NCBI GenBank assembly: GCA_026004395.1
Contig: BPJB01000001.1
Span: forward strand, 777,226 to 841,225
Direction of reading: 5' to 3'
DNA: 64,000 nt
From: Patescibacteria group bacterium
GTDB taxonomy: Bacteria; Patescibacteriota; Microgenomatia; Levybacterales; UBA12049
Part shown: one piece after another, positions 40,790 to 49,115 of the stretch
Layout of the letters: every line of letters starts with the position of its first letter
Position numbering within the stretch: position 1 is the first letter of the stretch
The notes under the pieces: generated by a model
What the model was told of the DNA's origin: nothing
The model's database searches: none
Seen by the model: only the letters and a program-made list of their open reading frames with translations
Position numbers and translations under genes: made by a program

Positions 40790-41065
40790 TCCCAACAAAA
40801 TTTTATTTCTCCAAGTGGCAATTTTTTTAAAAAATGCTAATAAATTAAATTGACCTTAAAGCAAAAATTGCAAACAACTGCAAGAGATATAAATAGTTTT
40901 CAAAGAATATTTATACGTAATTTCTACCAATAATAAATAGCACATTCATGCAATTTATAGTACATACAAACCAAGTTTTAATTTAAAATAGATCGTTCTT
41001 ACTGTTGACAAGCTCTTATGAGTTTATTACGCTGAATAAAGAGAAGTTTCTTTTTAATTAATTAT

Positions 41066-43042
41066 ATGTGGCAAAAAATTTTCTCTGACAAAAGATCTCA
41101 GTTCTTCAGCCTTATCATCCTAATTCTCATCGGAACAGCGATACCTCTAACTATTCTTCTAAGTCAACAGGAACAAGATATCCGCCAACAAGCAGCCGAG
41201 ACATCACAAGTATGCTCAACAGATCAAGCAACAGACACAATGCTTATCATTGATCGCTCAGGTAGCATGGGACGAGCAACATCTACTACAGATCCCACTC
41301 CGCGCATTGATAGTGCCAAAACTGCTGCCAATGCATTTCTGGACATCCTAGCACAGCGAACTGCAGAACCAAAACATGCAGTAAGTCTAACGACTATCTC
41401 ATCTGAATCTATGGTAAAACTCGATCCATCCCTAACACAAGATTTGCAGAGAGTGAAAGCTGTAATTAATAGTCTTACTCCGGGAGGAGGAACCTGTATT
41501 GAATGTGCTATCAAAACTGCCGCTGATGATTTTGCCAATAAGGAAAGAAGTGGTATCAAAAATATTGCTGTTATGCTTACGGACGGAGGAGCAACACAGT
41601 ATATAGGAGGACCAGCTGATACTTCACCAACAAATCGAGCTGAAGCTGAAAAACGCGCATTTGAAAGAGCGATGCAAGTACATAAACAATACAATGTAAC
41701 ATTCTATACAATTGGCTTTGGTGATGTAGTTAAAGATGAGCTTCTTCTTAAGATAGCCACTTCCTCTGGTGGTGAGTATGTTTTTGCACCCAGTAAAGAA
41801 AAACTGAAACAAATTTATGAAAATCTGGCTAAGATTATTGGGAAAGGATCAGTTACAGGCAATGTCTTCAACGATCTCAACGGCAATGGAATTAAAGAAA
41901 CAAATGAACCATTCCTTCCAGGATGGAAAGTTGATCTTCTAGCAGGAAATACTGTTGTTGGAAATTCTACTACATCTGATGAAGGATATTTCTCTATCAC
42001 AGGTATCTGTGATGGTACATACCAACTCAAACTCAATCTCCAGCCAGGATGGAGACAAACAACACCTATCAACAATGGAGTACATCCCATTACAATATCC
42101 AAAGGAAGTACTATAACAGACAAACTTTTTGGTGTACAACTTATGCCAAAAGCGACTACACTCGCATGCTTACCTTCTGATCTTACCCTTTCAGAGACTC
42201 CCGGAACAATAACTGCAACACTTCGAGATAGTGATGGTAATCCAATTCCAGGACAAACACTTACATGGTCATCCCCCAATCCCTCTCTTATTATCTCACC
42301 TACTTCTCAAACAACTGGAGCAAATGGCACTATCACTGCACAAGTCTCTGTTGGCAATCCTGAAGATAAAAGTGAAGAATTTACTTCACAACTCACGGTA
42401 ACGAGTGCTGGATCTTCACAATATAATCAAGCAAGCTGTATTGTGAATGTCTCTTTCAAACCCAACGTTACTACCCTTTCGTTTAATATCTTCCTCCATG
42501 GAATTGGCAAAAGCGGAGACAATGCCAATCCTAATAGATTTGATCTAAGTAATGCTAATCCTCTCAATCCTGAGCGACCTTTCCTCATTGAGGTATATAG
42601 TATTGAGGGTGAAAATCCACTTATTGCAAGAGTTCAAGGAACATTAGTATATGATTCTAAAGACGGCATATTCAGAGGAACAATACAACTTCCCAATACT
42701 GTTCAATCTGGGAAATACAATATCTTCGTTAAATCACCTCAATATATCTTCAGACGTGTACCTCAGACATTAACAATAGTCAAAGGACAACAGTATATAG
42801 TGCCCACTATTACACTCGTATCTGGAGATGTTGATGACAATGATGAACTTGATATTCTTGACTACAATATACTTGCTGGATGCTACTCAGATTTTGCACC
42901 AGCACCCTCCTGTACGGAAGAATTGAAACAAAAAGCAGATCTTAGAGATGATGGACAAGTTAATCAAGAAGATGTTAATCTATTCTTAAGAGAGCTCTCC
43001 GTTCAACGTGGAGATCAAAGACCAAACCAACAATACCGATAA
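41066..43042 (+). CDS. Membrane-anchored vWA-domain protein with SdrD-B-like and Ig-like domains and C-terminal dockerin module
   Basis: 658 aa. N-terminal TM, vWA MIDAS DTMLIIDRSGSMG, Cna-B-like segment (GNVFNDLNGNGIKETNEP..GWKVDLL...TTSDEGYFSITGICDGTYQL). C-terminal dockerin-type duplicated Ca-binding repeats (GDVDDNDELDILDYNIL ... DLRDDGQVNQEDVNLFL). Confidence 0.6.
   Translation: MWQKIFSDKRSQFFSLIILILIGTAIPLTILLSQQEQDIRQQAAETSQVCSTDQATDTMLIIDRSGSMGRATSTTDPTPRIDSAKTAANAFLDILAQRTAEPKHAVSLTTISSESMVKLDPSLTQDLQRVKAVINSLTPGGGTCIECAIKTAADDFANKERSGIKNIAVMLTDGGATQYIGGPADTSPTNRAEAEKRAFERAMQVHKQYNVTFYTIGFGDVVKDELLLKIATSSGGEYVFAPSKEKLKQIYENLAKIIGKGSVTGNVFNDLNGNGIKETNEPFLPGWKVDLLAGNTVVGNSTTSDEGYFSITGICDGTYQLKLNLQPGWRQTTPINNGVHPITISKGSTITDKLFGVQLMPKATTLACLPSDLTLSETPGTITATLRDSDGNPIPGQTLTWSSPNPSLIISPTSQTTGANGTITAQVSVGNPEDKSEEFTSQLTVTSAGSSQYNQASCIVNVSFKPNVTTLSFNIFLHGIGKSGDNANPNRFDLSNANPLNPERPFLIEVYSIEGENPLIARVQGTLVYDSKDGIFRGTIQLPNTVQSGKYNIFVKSPQYIFRRVPQTLTIVKGQQYIVPTITLVSGDVDDNDELDILDYNILAGCYSDFAPAPSCTEELKQKADLRDDGQVNQEDVNLFLRELSVQRGDQRPNQQYR
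42846..42900 (+). repeat. 55-nt exact direct repeat (copy 1) inside dockerin-coding region
   Basis: aacttgatattcttgactacaatatacttgctggatgctactcagattttgcacc is identical to 44983-45037. Confidence 0.8.
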
Positions 43043-43043
43043 T

Positions 43044-45191
43044 ATGTTACATTCATTGTCATCAAATAAGAAAATTCTTTTTCTTGTCCTGATAGGAATT
43101 TTACTCATCAGCCTACCTCTAACCATCTATCTCTTACAAAAGCAACAAGAAACACGAAGTAAAGCAGAATTAGCAACAACTCTCTTCTTTGAACCCCAGT
43201 CAACGAGTGCATCTCCTATTCAAAAAAATGTAAACGATATTTTTTCAGTGAATATGATGGTCAATCCTGGACAGAACCAGATTTCACTGGTTAAATTTGA
43301 AATTACCTACGATGCAACCAAAATTACGGCTCTAGGAACAAAAGGTTTTACCACTAATACAAATGCATTTCCAGTAACCGTAGAAGGTCCATTTATAACT
43401 GAAGTAAACAACGTGGGTAAGATACAGGGCACTGTTTCAATTGGTTCAGATTATAACAAGGCAATTACCTCCCAAACCATAGTCGGATCTATAGAGTTTA
43501 AAGCAAAAGCCAGCACATCCACCCAAACTACACAAATTAATTTCAGTAGTACCAATACTCAAGTGCTTTCTCTTGGTACAGGTGATCAAGCCAGTGAAAA
43601 TGTACTTTCATCCACATCACCAGCATATATTACTATCTTACCTGCAATAACTTCTTGTTCGTTTAATCCTTCTACTGCGGATATTATGATGATTGTGGAT
43701 GTTTCAGGAAGTACTCTTGATAACCGCACTTCACAAAAAACAGCCATGAAGAATTTTGTGGATAGTGTAATCGCAAATAACAGTGTCAGTGGTCAGTACC
43801 GTATTGGTCTTATCTCCTACGCATCAACCGCTCGCCTCAATTTCTCTTTGCAAAATGGAACAGACTACAATGGACTAAAAAATGCGATTGACAACATGCC
43901 ATTTATTGATAATGCATCAGCAGGAGAAGCAGAAGCAGTTAGACTTTCAACAGACGAATTTACCAAATACGGAAGAAGCGGAGTAAGAAAAGCAGTAATT
44001 TTGCTTACAGATACAATTGATTCTTATACCAACAATGCAGCTAATGATGCATACAATATTCACAAGACCGCATTTTATGTTTTGGCTTATGATATTACTA
44101 ATAGCACCATCCGCCGCATGCTACAGGATCTAGCAGGTAGAACCGGTGGGACATATCATGAATACACTGGTACATCAGGACCATCTGAAAATCAACTTCT
44201 TCAAGATCTTGCATCAGATGTCACGTGTCCCACAGTTACTCCAACTACCCCTTCACCAACACCTACTCCAACACCTGCCTCTCCAACTCTCACATTTACA
44301 GCAGCTCAGACATCTCTCAGTTATAACGGCTCAACCACTCTGAGTTGGAACTCTACAAATGCATCCTCATGTACCGCCTCCGGAGGGTGGAGCGGCACAA
44401 AACCACTCAGCGGAACTGAAAGCACTGGTCCTCTCACATCATCCAAAATCTACGTACTAACCTGTACTGGTCCGGGAGGAAGCGTAACAAAATCTGTTAC
44501 TGTAACTGTTGCACTGCCTACACCTACTCGAACACCGACTCCAACACCAACACCCATACCTACAAATACTCCAGTACCAACGAATACACCTATTCCGCAG
44601 GCAACCAAATTTAAATTTATCGTTTACCTCCATGGTCTGGGAAATAGTGGAGACAATCGCAACCCCACAGCTCATTCACTCAGCAATAAAAATCCTATTA
44701 GACAACAGAGATCACTGGATATTGAAGTCCTCACTACCGGAGCAACACGTCAGATTGTTCTTAAAAAAAGCTTCACAACGGGTCTGACATATAACGCAGC
44801 GCAAGGGTATTTTGAGGGTCTTGTAGATATGGGAACAACACTCCAATCAGGAATCTATAATATCAATATCCATACCTATCAATATCTTTGGAATTCTTTT
44901 GCAGGTGTTCAGATTACCGCAGGACAGACAAATACATTCCCATCAATTTCTTTAGTTACGGGTGATATCAATAATGATGACCAACTTGATATTCTTGACT
45001 ACAATATACTTGCTGGATGCTACTCAGATTTTGCACCTGCTGTGTCCTGCCCTGCTACAGTTGTCCCATCAACACCTTTCCTCCTCAAAGATATGGCTGA
45101 TCTCACTGACGATGGCAAGGTAAACCAGTTTGATTACAATCTTTTCCTTCGTGAATACTCAGTACAAAACAGCAACCGTATTACACAATAA
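43044..45191 (+). CDS. Membrane-anchored cohesin-like + vWA-domain protein with PT-linkers and C-terminal dockerin module
   Basis: ORF track starts at 43008, but the likely start is MLHSLSS at 43044, just after the upstream stop. TM helix, cohesin-like N-terminal domain (FSVNMMVNPGQNQISLVKFEITYDATKITALG...GSIEFKAK), vWA MIDAS DIMMIVDVSGST. Pro/Thr linkers (TPTTPSPTPTPTPASPT), Ig-like domain. C-terminal ~190 aa colinear with the upstream protein tail, including dockerin repeats (GDINNDDQLDILDYNIL ... DLTDDGKVNQFDYNLFL). Confidence 0.55.
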   Translation: MLHSLSSNKKILFLVLIGILLISLPLTIYLLQKQQETRSKAELATTLFFEPQSTSASPIQKNVNDIFSVNMMVNPGQNQISLVKFEITYDATKITALGTKGFTTNTNAFPVTVEGPFITEVNNVGKIQGTVSIGSDYNKAITSQTIVGSIEFKAKASTSTQTTQINFSSTNTQVLSLGTGDQASENVLSSTSPAYITILPAITSCSFNPSTADIMMIVDVSGSTLDNRTSQKTAMKNFVDSVIANNSVSGQYRIGLISYASTARLNFSLQNGTDYNGLKNAIDNMPFIDNASAGEAEAVRLSTDEFTKYGRSGVRKAVILLTDTIDSYTNNAANDAYNIHKTAFYVLAYDITNSTIRRMLQDLAGRTGGTYHEYTGTSGPSENQLLQDLASDVTCPTVTPTTPSPTPTPTPASPTLTFTAAQTSLSYNGSTTLSWNSTNASSCTASGGWSGTKPLSGTESTGPLTSSKIYVLTCTGPGGSVTKSVTVTVALPTPTRTPTPTPTPIPTNTPVPTNTPIPQATKFKFIVYLHGLGNSGDNRNPTAHSLSNKNPIRQQRSLDIEVLTTGATRQIVLKKSFTTGLTYNAAQGYFEGLVDMGTTLQSGIYNINIHTYQYLWNSFAGVQITAGQTNTFPSISLVTGDINNDDQLDILDYNILAGCYSDFAPAVSCPATVVPSTPFLLKDMADLTDDGKVNQFDYNLFLREYSVQNSNRITQ
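44983..45037 (+). repeat. 55-nt exact direct repeat (copy 2) inside dockerin-coding region
   Basis: Identical to 42846-42900. Encodes LDILDYNILAGCYSDFAP in both proteins. Confidence 0.8.
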
Positions 45192-45352
45192 ATATAACTG
45201 GCAAAAAATTATTTATCCAATGATCACTTCCGACTTAACTCTTTGCTTAAAACTAAAAATATCGCAGATAATTTGTTTAATGTTATTCATAAGGAAATAA
45301 TGACTACTTGCAATAAGAAAAAACAACTTATTATAATAATTAAATAAAGAGT

Positions 45353-45955
45353 ATGTCGAAAAAAACATTTGCCCTCATAGTAATACTTCTAATTTTGACA
45401 ATTATTCTTTTGGCTATTGCTTTGTTCCGATCAGAAACACCTTCTTCTCAACCCCCAACAATTTCTCGACCTACTCCCTCACCTACAGAAAAACCAGTCG
45501 GAAATACAACTCTTCGATTAAGTCCAAATCCAGTCTATCCAACGATTGGCACTAACTCAGCAACAACTGTAGCAGTTGAGATAGACACAGGCATAGACCG
45601 TGTAACTGGAGTACAACTTGAAATCGCATATGATCCACGAGTCCTAACTAATATGGAGATTAAGCCGGGTGATTTCTTCAGCAACCCAACAGTACTTCCT
45701 GTTGGTGGAATTAATACGAAGACTGGGAGAATAACATTTGCGGTTGTTCCCAGTAAAATTGGTGAATCACGAACAGGCAAGGGAACTGTTGCTCTACTCA
45801 CCTTTATCCCCTCCATAAATGCAGGCGTAGAACAGACAAGGATTGAGATTCTTGAAAAATCAAAAGTTTCTGTACCTCCACGTGATAGCATTAAATCTGT
45901 TCTCAAATCATTTGAAGGAACCACTGTCATTCTTTCTTCTCCTAGTGCGCGTTAA
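45353..45955 (+). CDS. Membrane-anchored single cohesin-domain protein
   Basis: 200 aa. N-terminal TM, Pro/Ser/Thr linker, then ~140-aa domain with cohesin-like pattern (TTVAVEIDTGIDRVTGVQLEIAYDPRVL....G.F..........N...G.ITFAVV.........GKGTVALLTF). Confidence 0.5.
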   Translation: MSKKTFALIVILLILTIILLAIALFRSETPSSQPPTISRPTPSPTEKPVGNTTLRLSPNPVYPTIGTNSATTVAVEIDTGIDRVTGVQLEIAYDPRVLTNMEIKPGDFFSNPTVLPVGGINTKTGRITFAVVPSKIGESRTGKGTVALLTFIPSINAGVEQTRIEILEKSKVSVPPRDSIKSVLKSFEGTTVILSSPSAR

Positions 45956-45977
45956 TCTTTCACTTCTTAACTAATTT

Positions 45978-46745
45978 GTGTACACTTACCCTATGAATGA
46001 CCTTGAAACAGCACGGATTTTATTCAACGAAGCTAAAAATCTTGGACTTAATCCACAATGGATCACTGAATATGGGCTTTTCTCTATTAATCTTGATAAC
46101 ACAATTCGATTTGTATTTTATGGAATCTCCTATCTCAATTCACAAATAAGTAGTTATCTTTGCCGTAACAAACATGCAACGCGAAAAGTTCTTGATCTCT
46201 TTAGACTACCTAATATTCCCTATGCCTTGCCTGCAACAGATGAAGAAGCACTCTTTTTCCTAAAGAAATATAAACGAATTGTCGTTAAACCAACTGTTGG
46301 TTCAAATTCTGAAAATGTCCATCTTATAACCGAAAAGAGTCAACTGAAAAATATAGACCGCGCTACCTCTATTTTTGAAAAATATATTGAAGGACGAGAA
46401 TTTCGTTATTTGGTATTAAAAAACCAAGTAATTGCTGTTCATGAACGCATCTTCCCTGGTTTACTGAATGACCCAAAAGTTGTTAAAAGAATATCCTATC
46501 CACAAAACAAATGGGAGAAAAAGCTAATTGCAATTTCTCTAAAAGCAACTCAGGCTCTTGGTACAAAATTTGCAGCAGTTGATTTTAAAATTGATAAAAA
46601 CGAAAATCCTTATATTTTAGAAGTAAATGCAGCAGCGGGAATAAAATGGTTTCACTATCCTAGTGAAGGTCCTAGTGTCAATGTTGCTAATCTGCTGCTT
46701 ACGGCAACTATTGAAGAATTAAGAGATAAAAACACTATGCAGTAA
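45978..46745 (+). CDS. ATP-grasp fold ligase (RimK/glutathione-synthetase-like), short
   Basis: 255 aa. VVKPTVGSNSENVHL, EKYIEGREFRYLVL, and catalytic-loop-like ILEVNAAAG typical of ATP-grasp enzymes. Confidence 0.5.
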   Translation: MYTYPMNDLETARILFNEAKNLGLNPQWITEYGLFSINLDNTIRFVFYGISYLNSQISSYLCRNKHATRKVLDLFRLPNIPYALPATDEEALFFLKKYKRIVVKPTVGSNSENVHLITEKSQLKNIDRATSIFEKYIEGREFRYLVLKNQVIAVHERIFPGLLNDPKVVKRISYPQNKWEKKLIAISLKATQALGTKFAAVDFKIDKNENPYILEVNAAAGIKWFHYPSEGPSVNVANLLLTATIEELRDKNTMQ

Positions 46746-47157
46746 AGCTCTGAGGCACTTCCTCTGCTACCCAACGCGTAGAATCTTCTTGACTGCGATG
46801 CACAAAAACACCTATAACAGGTGTTGATCCAACCATTGATTTTATAATCTCAACAGATCTTCGAATATCATCCTTTTGCTGTTCGTCATCAACAGGATTT
46901 CCAGCGCATTCTGAGTGACCATGTACAATTACCCCTTTTGCATGATGCTTGCCAATCGAAACGTCAACAACCTTAAATTTAATTGCCTCCAACAGAGAGG
47001 GATTAGTAAAAGATAGCTTACCCACAAGACCAGCCTCTGTTATAGTATCAGGATATCGTGCGCCAAATTTCTGTTGACCAAAAGCTGCAACTGCCTCCTG
47101 CACCCTGCCATCCATACAACCAACTAAAGTAAAAAAAGTTTCATCCGCATGTGCCAT
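46735..47157 (-). CDS. Beta-class carbonic-anhydrase-like protein (Cab-type motifs)
   Basis: 140 aa. CxDxR motif (GCMDGRV) and HxxC motif (VHGHSECAGN) match the zinc-ligand signature of beta-CAs such as archaeal Cab (CMDSR / GHTDCG). Shorter than typical beta-CA. Confidence 0.45.
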   Translation of the reverse strand: MAHADETFFTLVGCMDGRVQEAVAAFGQQKFGARYPDTITEAGLVGKLSFTNPSLLEAIKFKVVDVSIGKHHAKGVIVHGHSECAGNPVDDEQQKDDIRRSVEIIKSMVGSTPVIGVFVHRSQEDSTRWVAEEVPQSFTA

Positions 47158-47236
47158 GTTCTAATTTGTAGCATAAACTTTAACTCTTTTCAACTATTAA
47201 CAATGAAAATAAACCATATTATATATAATATAATAC

Positions 47237-47279
47237 AAAAAATCACAAATAGACGCTCGAGCGGCATTTTGTGATTTTT
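47237..47279. promoter_or_regulatory. Long inverted repeat / hairpin with central palindrome in divergent intergenic region
   Basis: AAAAATCACAAA-tagaCGCTCGAGCGgcat-TTTGTGATTTTT: 12-bp arms flanking a perfect 10-bp palindrome (cgctcgagcg). T-runs on both sides. Lies between divergent genes 46735-47157(-) and 47812-49077(+). Confidence 0.35.
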
Positions 47280-47811
47280 CTTACATTTCTTGACTCTATC
47301 AATTAACTTAATACCAATCTAAAAAGTATGAAAAGTAAGAGAGATTTTGTTTGAACTTGGTAAAGTTATTCTCTACTTCTTCTTTTATTTTTCTCTCTAA
47401 AATTAGATATACTCCTTTTGACTTAAAATATCTTTAGGATACAGATACACAAAGTTGCTTCTAAATTCTTTATGACAAAAGGTACTATACGTTTAATAAA
47501 TGAATTTGAAGATATTTACAAATAACTACCATTCAAACCATATTTTAAAATCTTCCAAGATTTTTTTAATTAACAAAAGGAATACAAATATTAAAAATTG
47601 AATTCTCTGAGTACTTTCTCACGAATGGCAAAATATCTGTGATTTAGAAAACATAACTACTCTAACACACCCATTATTAATCTAAATGAAAAAATAAGAA
47701 GAATTCTCTATATTCTTTCTTGAGTAAACCTTCAAATGCAATCAAGAAGACAAATTAGATACAAAAAACCTTGAAAGAAGTATATTTTACTGCTAGAATT
47801 GCTTTCCATAA

Positions 47812-49077
47812 ATGGAAAAAGAGTTTTTTATAAAAGGTAAATTTGAACCTCAGCTAGCTCCATTCTCAGATAGTCATATATCAGAAAACGTTAAGAATAC
47901 TGAGAACATAAAAGAAATTCCTCAAGAAATTACACCAGAGGTAATTATAAATGCAAATCAATCCACAGAAGTAAAAGAAAATCTGCGTGTTTACGACGAC
48001 AATCGCAGAGATTCCGCAAAAGGTCTGGTATTGGAGTGGGATTGTATAGATGCACGCATTATCCGACCTCTAGCTTTAGAATCTTTTTACTATAATACCA
48101 TAGCTAATGGCGGAAATCCTGAAAAAATACAACAAGCAGTGAATAGTCCAGTAACAAAATTTGCACTTGTTGTAGCCCATGAACCAGTTTGCGGTGGTAG
48201 GATGGCAAAACACCAACAAATAGAAAAAGGAATATTCTCAGATAGTGAAGGATTATCTCGTTATATATCAGATGAAATCGACCATCCATCAGTAATTCAA
48301 GCTGCTGTAAAGGCAAAAGAACTGGCACAGCTTACTTCAAAACTAGTAGTTGCTATGGTACACAACCATGAAGATGGAACAAGAAAAGTCCTTGCAGTAT
48401 TTAACCGAACTGATGGCGGATATACTGCATTAATTGATGATGATGTCTTTGAAAACCCAACACCCCAAAATCCTCTTGATGATCATCTCCTTCCCTATCT
48501 GCCGACAAGTGAACTTCCCGAAGAGATTCAATTGTATTTAGATAAATACGAACGTGCAAGAAAAGCTCTACTTGATGCCAATCCTCATGCTTATATGAAA
48601 ATGAAAAATCATAATCCACGGATAGGCAAAATTGCGACAGACTTAAGAGCAGCTGAATTATGGATTCCAAATCTTGTACAACCAGGAGAGATTGTCCGAT
48701 TTACAGTACCTCGCCGTAAAATACCTCGAGTTAACGGTGAGAAAAAAACTATTCTTAATCCTAAAGATATAGAACTTATCTGGGAACAGGCCGAGTATGT
48801 AATGACTCATTCTGTTGAAAGCCGCGAAGCCAATTCTGGTCCTTTCAAAGATACAGACACTTTTCTTATTTCCACACCGGACTTTGCTCTGTCTCAGGAA
48901 ATTGCCTTAAGGCTTGCACAGCAACCATTTGCTCAACCATGGCTTATGGACGAACGCAATAGAGTTCTTGTTATTCAAAATAATGCAGGAGTAGTGCGAA
49001 AAGCATCTCAGATGCGCTATACTTTCAAAGATGGAGATGTCGTCGCTTTTGAAGAAGTCTCAAGAGCAATAGCATAA
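47812..49077 (+). CDS. Hypothetical protein with N-terminal CxDxR / H...CGG motifs
   Basis: 421 aa. WDCIDARI and VVAHEPVCGG loosely resemble beta-CA zinc-ligand motifs. Remainder unassignable. Confidence 0.3.
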   Translation: MEKEFFIKGKFEPQLAPFSDSHISENVKNTENIKEIPQEITPEVIINANQSTEVKENLRVYDDNRRDSAKGLVLEWDCIDARIIRPLALESFYYNTIANGGNPEKIQQAVNSPVTKFALVVAHEPVCGGRMAKHQQIEKGIFSDSEGLSRYISDEIDHPSVIQAAVKAKELAQLTSKLVVAMVHNHEDGTRKVLAVFNRTDGGYTALIDDDVFENPTPQNPLDDHLLPYLPTSELPEEIQLYLDKYERARKALLDANPHAYMKMKNHNPRIGKIATDLRAAELWIPNLVQPGEIVRFTVPRRKIPRVNGEKKTILNPKDIELIWEQAEYVMTHSVESREANSGPFKDTDTFLISTPDFALSQEIALRLAQQPFAQPWLMDERNRVLVIQNNAGVVRKASQMRYTFKDGDVVAFEEVSRAIA

Positions 49078-49115
49078 GCCTATGCGTTTTCTGCCTCAAC
49101 TGATATAATTTCTTC

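Noticed and set aside
41224-42279. Antisense ORFs (41224-41694, 41624-41812, 41815-42279, 41939-42139) inside the vWA-dockerin gene
   Set aside because: They overlap a long, motif-rich plus-strand coding frame and have odd composition (Ser/Val/Cys-rich), so they are likely non-coding shadows.
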